Source: Naegleria gruberi (taxonomy: Eukaryota). Taken from it: a DNA stretch of 64,000 bases. The translations under genes were made by a program, and so were the position numbers. Location of the stretch: assembly GCA_000004985.1 (NCBI GenBank), contig GG738886.1. One strand, written 5' to 3'. The notes beneath the pieces were generated by a model. That model was not told the origin of the DNA. It worked only from the letters and a program-made list of their open reading frames with translations, and did not search any database. Each line of letters opens with the position of its first letter. Position 1 is the first letter of the stretch. Positions 20,620-32,031 of the stretch are shown piece after piece.

Positions 20620-21819
20620 TCAAAATTCGAACATAATATCATTGTATGATTTTGTGGCAAGCTTAGAGAATTTCAATGGAGGTAATACAAATGTTGGAAG
20701 TTTCATTTCAAAAAATGAAATGTCATTGAACCCAATGTCCTTTTTTGCATTGTAAAGTAAATATCTCCTAATTCCTCCAAATAGCAAAATCCTATTTCCT
20801 GATCTGATTTGATAATGAGATTGAGGATTAATTCGTAAGAGGTTTTCTTTTTCTTCCTCTGAGCAATCAAGAGTAAAATGTCCAATCCTACAATTATAAA
20901 GACAATCAAATATACCAATCCTTTCTGAGTAAATCAATTTACCTCTATAGTATCCACAAAAACTGATTAAATACCGACCAGCTATGAGAACACTTGAATT
21001 AAAGGAAGCTTTTACATCTAACGAGGATTCAAAACCTCTTGTTACACTCTTACATTGATCACTGAAATCAAATCTAATAATTTTTGATGAAGTAAAGCTT
21101 GAACCAAACAATGACCCACCATATGATATCACACTTCCACTTCCTTCCTCAACATTATAACTCAATAACTGACAACCATGAGTAGAGGGTGAAACTACAC
21201 CACCCATTCCTTCTTGTACAATTCCTGGGTTTGCTTGAAAGCAAGAAATTGATGATCTACTTTCCAACATTTCACTTGTTAAATTCAGTTTAAACATTGA
21301 TTGGTGGAATATCAAAAAATCACTCTCTTTCAAAATAGAACTCTCTACTTTTTCTAAATCTTTCACAAATGTAATCTTTCCATCCTCATGAACTTTCATT
21401 AATTTGAAGCCCTTAAAATCATACAATGAATAACAAAGAAAATATGGACTATTTTCAATAACAATCAAATCATCAACCATTTCATGATCCTGAAAAACAA
21501 ATTCAGATTCAATAATATATTCTTTCCTCCACAAGTCGAATAGAGCAACTCCATAATATGAAATCTGCCTCCATACACGAAACGACACCAGCAAAAATCT
21601 TTCATCACTTGCATTATTCGGCAATTTGATAAATTTTGATGATATTATTTCACACAACGTATTACAGGTATCTGAGGTTGGCCGTTCTTTCAAAAGTTGG
21701 ATGACTATTTTTTCTTCTATTGGAAGGGAATTCTTGGGAAATTGGATAGAACAGAGAATATTACCGAGAAATTTATCTTCATCATGATCCCTGGGAGACA
21801 GGAAGTGTCTTGTTTCCAT
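20620..21819 (-). CDS. hypothetical protein, possible kelch/beta-propeller (ILLFGG)
   Basis: ATG at 21819, 400 aa. Confidence 0.5.
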   Translation of the reverse strand: METRHFLSPRDHDEDKFLGNILCSIQFPKNSLPIEEKIVIQLLKERPTSDTCNTLCEIISSKFIKLPNNASDERFLLVSFRVWRQISYYGVALFDLWRKEYIIESEFVFQDHEMVDDLIVIENSPYFLCYSLYDFKGFKLMKVHEDGKITFVKDLEKVESSILKESDFLIFHQSMFKLNLTSEMLESRSSISCFQANPGIVQEGMGGVVSPSTHGCQLLSYNVEEGSGSVISYGGSLFGSSFTSSKIIRFDFSDQCKSVTRGFESSLDVKASFNSSVLIAGRYLISFCGYYRGKLIYSERIGIFDCLYNCRIGHFTLDCSEEEKENLLRINPQSHYQIRSGNRILLFGGIRRYLLYNAKKDIGFNDISFFEMKLPTFVLPPLKFSKLATKSYNDIMFEF

Positions 21820-21849
21820 TTTTTTAGTTATTGCGTCCCTCAAAAAAAT

Positions 21850-22500
21850 ACCTCAACGTCTAGTACGTTTGTGCGGTTTTCTAGATTGACCAAGATGCAA
21901 GTAGCACAGCGCTAAACTATCGCCGTAACTTTCGGCATCGAGGTTTAGATGGATTCAAACTATGTATTGTTTATTCTTGTCTGTAGAATAACATATAGCT
22001 ATCTTCTGTCAAAGATTTAAAGCAGGTTTCTTTAGTTTAGCACGGGCAAAACAATGTAAAGATACCGAGGCGTGGAGAGTAATGATTTAATTATGAACAG
22101 AAAGGAAATTTTATAAGAATATAATCAAAGAGAATAGATATTGTAGAACGTTACGTAAGAATTTTATTGCAGCGTAAGAGATGGTATTGGATCACCTTCT
22201 CGATATCCTTGACAGATATTTCAGATGCTTCCCCATTTAATTTTCTATTATTTCGCGATGTTTACTTTCCCTATGGTTTCCATTAGTCACGGTCTAACTC
22301 TTGATTAGTTTCCAACTATGCAACTTAAAGGCTAGGCGATAACTCCACTCCTAAAAGTCCCCGTCCAATGACGAAGCTGTGAATGAACTTTGTTCCTACG
22401 ATACACACTCCAAAAGTACACCATCACAAGAGTGCTTGGTCGAGAATCTGAATAGATTCGAAAAATTGTAGTGTATAATAATCGGTATTATAAATTTTTT
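21850..22500. other. GC-elevated ORF-free island (candidate ncRNA or regulatory element)
   Basis: No ORF longer than about 40 aa. It contains gaccaagatgcaagtagcac, related to the motif at 12035. Confidence 0.25.
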
Positions 22501-22585
22501 TAGTTATTGCTCCGAAAGAGATTTGTTTCAATATAAAATTTCATCAGCACTGAGTACGAGCTTAAACTTAATCTCAAACATTTTG

Positions 22586-22979
22586 TTTTATTTACAATTT
22601 ACTGAATTATTTACAAGTTGTAATTTACATCTTTTTCGATTTGGTAATCTTCTTAGCTGTGGTGGTTGATTGTATTGAATTTTTCAAAGATCTTTTCACC
22701 GAAATTTGTTTACCATTTAAATTAGCATGATGATAATCAATATTATTACGATGTCTAGTTCCACTCATAATATTTGAAGTATCAATATCAAATAATGATA
22801 ATTTTAGATAAATCAATTGGTTTAGATCTTGTCCTTTCTGTTTTTATTGGAATTCTATCTTTGGATGATGAAGAATTTGATGAAGTATTTCTAGCTGACA
22901 TTTTGCTCTTAGTTTTTGTTATTTAGTTATTTTGTTTTGTTGTGTAAATTTCATCATCGATACCAGTTATCTATTTCCA
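22586..22979 (-). repeat. dispersed repeat copy 1 (inverted B segment 22586..22897 + A segment 22898..22979) with frameshifted small basic ORF
   Basis: The minus strand is about 90% identical to 61569..61905. A 2-nt deletion splits the ORF into MSARNTSSNSSSSKDRIPIKTERTRSKPIDLSKIIII* and ...LFDIDTSNIMSGTRHRNNIDYHHANLNGKQISVKRSLKNS...KKITKSKKM*. Confidence 0.7.
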
Positions 22980-23226
22980 TGATGATTCCACTAATTTTAT
23001 GATTCGGATTTTTGGATTTTCCACTCATCACAAGAATTTGAATTAATAAAGAAATTTTCATCTGGATATTGTTGTTTCTCCTCTTTGCGCACTCAGAGGT
23101 AATTAGATTTTGGTCAATAGAGGTGCATTCATCGTGATATGGCATTCTTAAAATATACAATTAAGGTTTCAATTGGATACAACCAACAGTGTGCACAGGT
23201 CATTAGAATTGTAACAATTAAAAAAA

Positions 23227-23544
23227 ATGGGAAACTTCTTTTCGTCGAATAATCTTTCGCGAGTGAAAGAACTTCCAGATGAAATTTTATTTACAGAAAT
23301 TTTATCCTATTTGCCTTTGAGAGATTTACCGAATCTTTTGGTTATTTCTAAAGATTTCAATCGGAAAGTGTTGTCATCACACAGTTTATTATATCAGTTT
23401 AGTTTGTATACAAATCCATTCATTTCACTTTCGAATAAAACTGATTTAAAAGATAGAAAAATGACCTATTCCGAAATGAAGAAGGAAATAATTGAATATG
23501 ATTCAATGATTCATAGAATTAAATATTCAAAAACCGTAGAATAA
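23227..23544 (+). CDS. small F-box protein with N-myristoylation motif (MGNFFS)
   Basis: F-box LPDEILFTEILSYLPLRDLPNLLVISKDFNRKVL. Confidence 0.55.
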   Translation: MGNFFSSNNLSRVKELPDEILFTEILSYLPLRDLPNLLVISKDFNRKVLSSHSLLYQFSLYTNPFISLSNKTDLKDRKMTYSEMKKEIIEYDSMIHRIKYSKTVE

Positions 23545-24019
23545 TTTTTTGAATATTTAAATTGTAAATAATTAAGAATATTAACTTAAATGTGTTACTG
23601 ATAAGAGTTTATGTACCACATTTAATACTAATTAGTTCTTTATTCAAATTACTTTATTCGAAACAAGGCTATTCCAGTAAATTCCATGTACGATTCGCCT
23701 AAACGTATGTTAAAAATCTACCAATTCTTTTGAAAGATGTGATGGTTTCATTTGACTTTTGTTGACATTTCGAATAAAAAGCAATTATCTCTAAAATTAT
23801 TCATCATTAATTCAATTTTCATGTGCACAAACCTGAACATTTAATCTAATCTCACCATTTAATAAAATTTTGATGGCCACGAAAAGTCTTTCGCTCAAAA
23901 AAGGAAACCTTCAAAAAAGGAAACTGGTTAAATAATTTCCAAAAAAGAATCTGAGCTCGTTTCATTTGTGATGTTCGTAGACTTTAAGGGTCTCTTTCAA
24001 GAAGAATCACAACAAGAAA

Positions 24020-25813
24020 ATGGGTCAAAACATTCATGCTCCACGTGTTTTCATTTCCTCTAACGAAAAGCAAGGAGACGAATATGTAATTAGTGGAAAC
24101 CTTTCGAATAACAGTTCAACACCAACTAATCTCCACAGTCATAATGTATTTGATGATGCACATTCTAATGGATTATCTCCACCTCATCCTTCTGGTCAAG
24201 CTCCTTTAATTATTGTTGGAGGTTCTTCAAGTGGCAGTAGTAGTGGAGGTGATGAAATAGTTTCGTCTCCTTTCCATTCACCTCGTTCTCCAAAATTTGT
24301 TAGAAATCATGACGATGTAATATTTGACAATCTTTCTGATTCTTCCTATTCTACTTCTCCACAAAATTCACCGAAACTAACCTCAAGAACCAAGAGAATG
24401 AGCTCTGGTCCAAACTACTCACCAAAACTTGAAAATTTTAGAAAGACTCAACAGCAACAAACTAAACAACCAACTGTTTGGTTTTCTTCTGTTTCTAATG
24501 AATCTGATTGGATGGACCATTCGAATAGATTTGCTCATACCAAAAAGCAAAAAATGGTTCTCATGTTAAGTTATGGAGTAAATACTCATTCTGAAGATTT
24601 ATTTCAATATTGGTTTCAGAGATTTTTACCAAAAAGTGAAGAAACACAAACCAAAAGCAAGATTATGCAATTGTGTGCTTTATATTTGAGAAGATTGTGT
24701 TTTGCATATGTAAATAGAAGTTGTTCATCTCAATTAATTCAAGAATGTTCTACATCAACTTGTTCTAATGAAGGTGTTGATCAGATGGTGGACTATTCGA
24801 AAACATTGAAAAGGTTTGATTCATGGTCATTATCACCACTCACTAGAGAAGAAACATTTTCACATGATGATTTCATCAATGAACTCATTGACATGTTAGT
24901 TAACAATGATGAATCATTTATTTTACAATCACTTGGTCATTGGAATGCAAATATTCTCACAAATATGGAATTGTTATGGAAGAGTGAGGCTATTCAACGT
25001 GCAGCCTCTAAATTAGTTGAACAGCAGGTTTACATGGATGAGAAAGTTTATGCAGAGTACTTTTTAAATTCCATTCCTCACTTATTAGATTCTAGTTACA
25101 ATTTAACAGTTTCAGATTTATCGAATGCACAGAGACGTAAATTCAAAATTAATGAAATTAAGATTGTCGATCAGGGAAATTATGATTGTCTCTATTCAGT
25201 ATTGGATATTTCAAGTATGGGAGGAGAAAAGACGAAGTGGTTGAGATCATTCAATAACGTTGATGGATTTTTAATGATTTTTTCACTAGATGAGATAGCT
25301 CAAGACAAATCAGTCCTTCAGAAATCTTTGCATTCCTTCAGAGAAATGACTAGTTACTTCTTTGGAAATAATCAGCAACAAAATGGATGTAAAACTCAAA
25401 TCTATGTATGCTTTTCCAATGTTGCTGAATTCTGCAAATTGGTCAAATCAGAAGAATTACCACTTCAACATTCACTCAAAGGAGATGTCAAGAATCCTTC
25501 CATAGTTTTCAAATATATAGTTTCCCAATTCATGGCCAGTAATGGCAGTTGTTCCAATAATTTAACAGAGAGAAATCCAACAAGTTCTCAAAACATTTCC
25601 TTCTATGCCATTGATAGTTTCTCAGACTATTATTCAATGTACGAATTTACGAGTTATTTACTTGAGGGAAGAAATTATTTCAGTGAACTGATAACAGGTG
25701 CTAAGGAGAAGAGAGAAGTATCGAGGAGAGGTGAATTGTTTTCCATGTGCAAATTGAGTCATGATGATAAATTGAAAAGGAAATTGATAGATATTTCATT
25801 TAACTTTGAGTAA
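24020..25813 (+). CDS. G-alpha-like protein with degenerate GTPase motifs and Ser-rich N-terminal extension
   Basis: The C-terminal 350 aa align to the G-alpha helical and Ras-like domains (LWKSEAIQ vs LWKDSGVQ; LYSVLDISSMGGEKTKWLRSFNNVDGFLMIFSLDE vs [36 protein letters not shown]). The P-loop, DVGGQ and NKxD motifs are not conserved. Confidence 0.6.
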   Translation: MGQNIHAPRVFISSNEKQGDEYVISGNLSNNSSTPTNLHSHNVFDDAHSNGLSPPHPSGQAPLIIVGGSSSGSSSGGDEIVSSPFHSPRSPKFVRNHDDVIFDNLSDSSYSTSPQNSPKLTSRTKRMSSGPNYSPKLENFRKTQQQQTKQPTVWFSSVSNESDWMDHSNRFAHTKKQKMVLMLSYGVNTHSEDLFQYWFQRFLPKSEETQTKSKIMQLCALYLRRLCFAYVNRSCSSQLIQECSTSTCSNEGVDQMVDYSKTLKRFDSWSLSPLTREETFSHDDFINELIDMLVNNDESFILQSLGHWNANILTNMELLWKSEAIQRAASKLVEQQVYMDEKVYAEYFLNSIPHLLDSSYNLTVSDLSNAQRRKFKINEIKIVDQGNYDCLYSVLDISSMGGEKTKWLRSFNNVDGFLMIFSLDEIAQDKSVLQKSLHSFREMTSYFFGNNQQQNGCKTQIYVCFSNVAEFCKLVKSEELPLQHSLKGDVKNPSIVFKYIVSQFMASNGSCSNNLTERNPTSSQNISFYAIDSFSDYYSMYEFTSYLLEGRNYFSELITGAKEKREVSRRGELFSMCKLSHDDKLKRKLIDISFNFE

Positions 25814-26228
25814 AATATTTCAAAAATTGGATTTGATTTTAAAATTTTGAAATATTTCATTCAATTATAGAAATTATATTATTGAATTGATTTAAATAAT
25901 AGAATAATAATATTAAATTGCTTTTTACAAAGGCCTTAATTTTACTTCTCTCCAATAAATTAATCAGCCTTCTAAAAAGCCTTCTTTGAGTTCCAAAAAA
26001 GTACTCTATGAAATTTCCATAACATCTAACTCTCCATCACGATCATATCGATTATCATCTTTTATTCATCACAATTCTTTCATTCATAACCAAATTGCAA
26101 TATTACTAGATAATATTATCTTTTGTACAAACAACACATTTATGCTTGTAGTATTTAATGCCATAACGAGTGATCAATAAAGGGGTCCAAAAAAGAAACT
26201 TTTTTAATAAGAGACCACTCACAAAAAA

Positions 26229-27846
26229 ATGAAGACCTTCCTCTCACGTGTTGCCTCTCAATCAAAGAAAGGTACGTAATTTATTCGGCTCTTTATGTTG
26301 TTAATTATTGTTCTTCTTCTTCTGTTGTTGACTAATTTAAATTGTGCAATGTTGGCGCGGATATTGATATTTTGTATTGAAATTTTACTTTGATACAAAT
26401 AATAATAACAATTACATTATCACTTGTACCAATAATAATAACAATAACACTAATAACAAATAATGCTGCTGCCTAACTTCATCATGATGTTTCTTTCTAC
26501 ATCTAATACAATCACGAAAATATTTAAAAATGTTCTTTAATATTCAACTAAAATGATCTGTGAAATTGATTGGATTTTCTTCATCTTGGTAAATAGTTAA
26601 TTCTATTAACATCAAGAATACCACACAACAAAGATGCCTCAACATTCACGAATATCAAGCTAAGGAACTCTTCAAACAATTCGATGTTCCTCACCAAAGA
26701 GGTATTACCATTGATAACTTGGAAGCCATTCCAGCTACTCTTGCTCAATTGAAGACTGAAACTGGTACCAAGAACTTTATTGTCAAGTCTCAAATTTTGG
26801 CTGGTGGTAGAGGTAAAGGATCATTCATTGAAAATGGATTCCAAGGAGGTGTTAAATTCACAAAGAACGAACAAGTTGCTGCTGATGTTGCTAGCAAAAT
26901 GCTCGGTAATACTCTCGTAACTAAACAAACTGGTGAAAAGGGTATCAAGGTCGACAAGCTCTTCTTTGCTGAATGCTTGGACTTTAACAGAGAATTCTAC
27001 TTTGCCATCCTCTTGGACAGAGCTGCTCAATGCCCAGTTTTCGTCGGAAGTTATGAAGGTGGTATGGATATTGAACAAGTTGCTGAAGAAAAGCCAGAAG
27101 CTATCAAGACTTTGCTCATCAGAGATCTCGAAAATGGTCCAACTCTTGCTGATGCCACTGAATATGCTAAGGAACTCCAATTCAAGAAGCCAGAACAAGC
27201 TGCTCAAATCATGAAGAAGTTGTACACCATGTTCCGTAAGACTGATGCTGCTCAATTGGAAATCAATCCACTCGTTGAACTTGATAACACTGCTGATCTC
27301 TCATGTGTTGACTGTAAATTGAACATTGATGATAATGCTGCTTTCAGACAAGCTAACATCTTTGCTATGCGTGATTGGGCTGCTGAAGATCCAAGAGAAG
27401 TTGAAGCTGCCAAATGTGAATTGAACTATATCGGATTGGATGGTAACATTGGTTGTTTGGTCAATGGTGCTGGTTTGGCTATGGCCACTATGGACATTAT
27501 TCAATTGCACGGTGGTGCTCCAGCTAACTTTTTGGATGTTGGTGGTGGTGCCACTACTAACCAAGTTAAGCAAGCTTTCACTATCATTTTGAAGGATGAA
27601 AGTGTCAAGTGTGTTTTGGTCAACATTTTCGGTGGTATCATGAGATGTGATGTTATTGCTGAAGGTATTGTTCAAGCTGCTCGTGAATTGGGTGTCCGTA
27701 TTCCAATCGTTGTTCGTTTGGCTGGTACTAATGTTGATAAGGGTCTCCAAATCTTGGAAGAAGCTGCCAAGACTGGTACTCTTAAGGTTATTGCTGCTAA
27801 GGATCTCGATGATGCTGCCATCAAGTCAGTTGCTCAATTGAAATAA
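26229..27846 (+). CDS. succinyl-CoA ligase beta subunit, 2 exons
   Basis: Exon 1 (26229..26271) reads MKTFLSRVASQSKK plus a presequence. A 325-nt intron (26272..26596) runs from a GTACGT donor to an ..aaatag acceptor. Exon 2 (26597..27846) reads ...RCLNIHEYQAKELF...LAGGRGKG...GGIMRCDVIA.... Codon usage is C/G-ending and biased. Confidence 0.85.
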
Positions 27847-28292
27847 ATAATTTCTACTAATTTGCTAATTTAAATCACCTTAGATTAATTAGAAAATGCA
27901 AACAGTTCACATTTGTTCAACATCAAACAATATTAAAAAATGTCACAACAAGCAAACAAAGGAAAAGTTGCTCTCGTTATTGTTGGGTAGGTTTAAATTG
28001 ACATTATTCATCATAACCTCCATCAACATTAAATTATCAAACGTGATCATCTGTTATTATTATTATTATCAGATCTGTGGGTTGCATCTCGGCCGTTTCC
28101 TTTTTATTCTCCTTATCAATGGCTATCTGGGGTTGTATGTAGAATTGTATAAAGATAATAATAATAATAATATATTCAATATATATTTAATCTTGATCAT
28201 GATCAATATTAATTTCTTCAGTTACCGTTCATAATGATATCAAATTAGATAAGAATAGTACAGGTTGCACATCTGAAACTATATCCGATTTA

Positions 28293-28758
28293 ATGTTAGC
28301 CTATTGTATATTACTTGTTATTACAGCTTGTGGAAGTATTTGTAATTTATTAACTTCAATTTTAGATCAATGTTGTTGTGGTAATGGTGATAACACCAAT
28401 GGAGATGAACAAAGTAAGAAACCGAAACCATTTAATTCTCTATCACAATGTTGTTTTGCAATACTTGGACTTGCTGTTTGGGGTGTTTTAATTGCCTTGA
28501 CTGTTTACTTGTAAGTTTTCAGAACAAGTTGATGAAGAATTTAAATTGTTTAACATTAATTTATTGAAATATTCAAGATATAAGGATTCTTGTAGAGAAA
28601 TGAGAAAGGAAATGTATTCCTTAATGAATCCATTCATTATTACTCAATATGTTGCATTCCCATTGTTCTGTGTATGTGCAACTTGTTTGGCAATTTGTGT
28701 TCAATGTTGTGCAGTATTTGCTGTTGCTGCATTTGATGAAAGATATAGCAGAGTTTAA
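28293..28758 (+). CDS. small Cys-rich two-TM membrane protein, 2 exons
   Basis: Exon 1 (28293..28510) ends at TT|GTAAGT. A 67-nt intron (28511..28577) precedes exon 2 (28578..28758), which is in frame with the second ORF. Confidence 0.45.
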
Positions 28759-28811
28759 ACATTTCAATGTAGCTTGAAAAAACTCCTGATTATTTATTTA
28801 TCTATGGAATC

Positions 28812-30845
28812 TTATAAAGATTTCTTTTCCAAATCAACTCCACAGTAATATTTACAATAATCGTAGAGGATCTTGGCAAGATAATTGGAGGAGAATGATG
28901 GCATTGGATTTCCCTTCTCTTTGGCTTCTTTTACAGCTTTGAGAATGCCATTATAATTGTCCATACAGAGCTTTTTGGATGAAATTGGATTGGTAAAGAC
29001 GAATTTCTTATTGAGGAAACCACCAAGGTTACAAGTTCTAGCTTCAACATAACGAGTTCTGTACTTGTCAACCATGTTGTAAATTCTGGAACCAACAAAT
29101 GGACACTTGATCAAATCCTTGATTTCTTCATTCTTGACGAAATCACTTGATTTGAATAGGAAGGCGTTTTCAATAAGTTTCTCACCATGGAAATGAGATT
29201 TGCTTGAAAATACAAATTGAACTCCTCTCAATGAGAATAGCGGACCAAAATCAAACTTGGAAGTCATAATTACAGCTGGATACTTTTGAATGGAGCTTGC
29301 AGCATTAATTGGAGTATAGTAATGCCATTGGACATTGTGGAAACAATATTCAAGATGACTATCAAAGTGTGTAGATTTCACAACGTCATTAATTGGATGA
29401 TCAAAATAACCAACAATCTTGGAATTTCTCAATTCTAAATTATCTCTGGAGTGATCTTCATCTGAATTCCATTGCATTACATTTGGCAATTTGGAATAGG
29501 TTAAATACCAATCACCACCATGTTCCCTACACATCCAATTTGAAAAGTTCCAATCACTGTCAATAACATGCTTGATATTCAAATCTTCATTATTGAACTT
29601 GAATTCTCTGTTGGCCTTCTCATTCTTCTCCTTCTTCTTTCTATAGATTTCAACAACATATTTTGGAAGATTTCCATCAACCAAACCATTCTCAAACCAC
29701 TTCCTGACCTTCTTGTTTTGTTTAAATTCAAAGATTGCAAACCAATCACCCAATTCTAATAGGAACATGTTACAAATGAGTTTAATTTCATCAAGCAGAC
29801 CAACAGTGAATCTATTCTCCTCAGAGATGGTTCCTCCAGTGCTATGAACCAACTCTTCCTTAGAGAGAAGTGCATGTTTTGGATCTTTACAATTCACACT
29901 TTGAGCTTGTAAGAATTCTCTCAAGTACACGTGTCTGAATAGTGGAGTATGATCCAATTGACTTGGTAGATACTTTAAATAGAACCATACCTTATCTGGT
30001 GATTCACTTTTAAGCTTTTCAATTTCAACAGATTCGTATGGCATCTTTAAAGCAATCAAAACTTTACAAAACAAATCCAATCGACTGAAAACAGCTTCAC
30101 TCGATTTGAAAACCTTTGATGGAACTTTCTCATTAATTGGATCAAAGAAATGTTCCAAAAACATCAACTTGATCTCAAATTCATTTGCCATCTTTGCTTG
30201 ATCTTCACAATAATCAAGGAATTTGTGTTTCAAATTTTCAATAATTTCATCACTGTTAGTTTTTGGAACTGGTTGATCTTGATAGTAAAAGTTTTGATGA
30301 TAATATGGTACAGAACTGTTGTGAGTGGTATTTAGTGGATTGGCTTGACAGTTATTTGGTGAGATACTCAAGTTATTTGGATTAGGTTGAGCATTGTTTG
30401 GATCTTGTAAACTGGAGAATGAATCAGACGAATCTGAATGGCCAGATTCAGAAGAATCGTATAGATTCGAACCAACAATACTTGTTGGTGTGGTACATTC
30501 AGCTGAATTTAAACTACCAGAACTGTTTCCATACATATTTATGAAATACTCCTTATCAGTGGAGCCAATTGATGAAGTACTATTGTTGACAGGACTTCCA
30601 GGTGAATTTCCAGTACCATGATTAGTGACATTTAGAAATAAATTGCTAGAGGAAGTATCTTTTGATTTGGAACTACCTGATGAGCTAGTAGAAACTGCAC
30701 ATGAACTTAAATTAGTTGAGTTATTCAAAAGATTTGCATATACCACACGTGGGTTGAGTAGAATGGTGACTGGAAGGATGAGTGGTTGTTTGTTTGGAGT
30801 TAGTTGAGTAGTTTCGTTTTTGGTGGATTTTCTGTTGTTGGCCAT
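28812..30845 (-). CDS. START-like lipid-binding domain protein with Ser-rich N-terminus (paralog A)
   Basis: The C-terminal 330 aa are paralogous to 40503..43109 (KWFENGL...EIYRK...HVIDSDW...LTYS...FSLRGVQFVFSSKS...NLGGFLNKKFVFTNPISSKK). Confidence 0.6.
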   Translation of the reverse strand: MANNRKSTKNETTQLTPNKQPLILPVTILLNPRVVYANLLNNSTNLSSCAVSTSSSGSSKSKDTSSSNLFLNVTNHGTGNSPGSPVNNSTSSIGSTDKEYFINMYGNSSGSLNSAECTTPTSIVGSNLYDSSESGHSDSSDSFSSLQDPNNAQPNPNNLSISPNNCQANPLNTTHNSSVPYYHQNFYYQDQPVPKTNSDEIIENLKHKFLDYCEDQAKMANEFEIKLMFLEHFFDPINEKVPSKVFKSSEAVFSRLDLFCKVLIALKMPYESVEIEKLKSESPDKVWFYLKYLPSQLDHTPLFRHVYLREFLQAQSVNCKDPKHALLSKEELVHSTGGTISEENRFTVGLLDEIKLICNMFLLELGDWFAIFEFKQNKKVRKWFENGLVDGNLPKYVVEIYRKKKEKNEKANREFKFNNEDLNIKHVIDSDWNFSNWMCREHGGDWYLTYSKLPNVMQWNSDEDHSRDNLELRNSKIVGYFDHPINDVVKSTHFDSHLEYCFHNVQWHYYTPINAASSIQKYPAVIMTSKFDFGPLFSLRGVQFVFSSKSHFHGEKLIENAFLFKSSDFVKNEEIKDLIKCPFVGSRIYNMVDKYRTRYVEARTCNLGGFLNKKFVFTNPISSKKLCMDNYNGILKAVKEAKEKGNPMPSFSSNYLAKILYDYCKYYCGVDLEKKSL

Positions 30846-32031
30846 TGTTTGTTGTTTTTTTTGTGATATTTTGTTTTGTAGTGAGGTGGTTTAGTTTCGA
30901 ATAATGAATAAGTTGGATAATCTGCCATAGTATCATTTGAGCTTTATTCGAAACAATTAAATATTGTTTATTAAAGAGTTTATTTTCTAAATTGTAAAGT
31001 AATAATACTAAAATAGTAAAAGTTACGGTAACGGATTTGAAAAAATATTTCTTTATTCGAAACCAAAAAACAATCAAATTCCAAAAATTCTACTTTTAGG
31101 AAGGCAGTTAATGAAATTGGAAGAAACAGCCGTTGTTTCTAAAAAGTGTAATATGGTTGTATTATTCTTGGCTTCATACAAAATGAAAGTAATCTTCATT
31201 TCGAATATTATCTCGTGAAATATGAAATGGGTTAATGATCGAGCACTTGTGCTATCCTAACACCTTTTCGAATACAATGAAACTAAATTGGGATTTGTGA
31301 GGATTATATAGACCCCCTCAATTTCTAGTTCATCACCATGTTAAATTATATCACATTGTTGTATTAAGGAAACAATCTTCAGCAACACTTATAAAATGGT
31401 TTTCTGCAAAAATCATAAATTACAACTGATTCCAATAAATTACCCAACATTTCAGACTTAATTCTTTCCTTCTTGTTATATCTTAGTACTCCACGTAAAA
31501 TTTGTTGTAGTGGCTTTATATCACAAGTATTTTCGTATACTTTGACGCCCTCAATTCTTTTTTCAATATCACCTTCGACACATCCATCTAAAATATGTAA
31601 ACAAAACATTCCAAATGAGTATAAATCCGATTCTTGAGAGTAATCAATACCTTCTATCATCTCTGGAGGGATATATGAATCCATTGTACCAGCAACTGTC
31701 TGAATTTCGCTGCCATCACCCAAGTTACTCAATGACATGAAGGCTAATTTCCAAATACCGTTGTCATTGATAATATTTGAAAAATCCAAACACGTGTAAA
31801 CCAAGTTGTGACGATGTAGGAAACAAAATGTCTGTCCTACTCTTTTAATTAATGATATTCTATCATTTGGGATCATTTTGGACAAGTAGTAATTGCTTAA
31901 TGAGTCTCCATTTGGTGTCTCAATAATAAAATCGCCAGATTCACGAATTATTTTACATTGAATTGGTACGTATAAATCATTTCCTAAGTTTGTTCTTCAT
32001 TTTACATTAATGAGATAATTCATAACAAAAC

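Noticed and set aside
26581-27841. Antisense and alternate-frame ORFs within the succinyl-CoA ligase beta gene (26581..26793 -, 26821..27255 -, 27301..27750 -, 26933..27214 +, 27647..27841 +)
   Set aside because: The sense frame encodes a highly conserved enzyme. The others are byproducts of codon bias.
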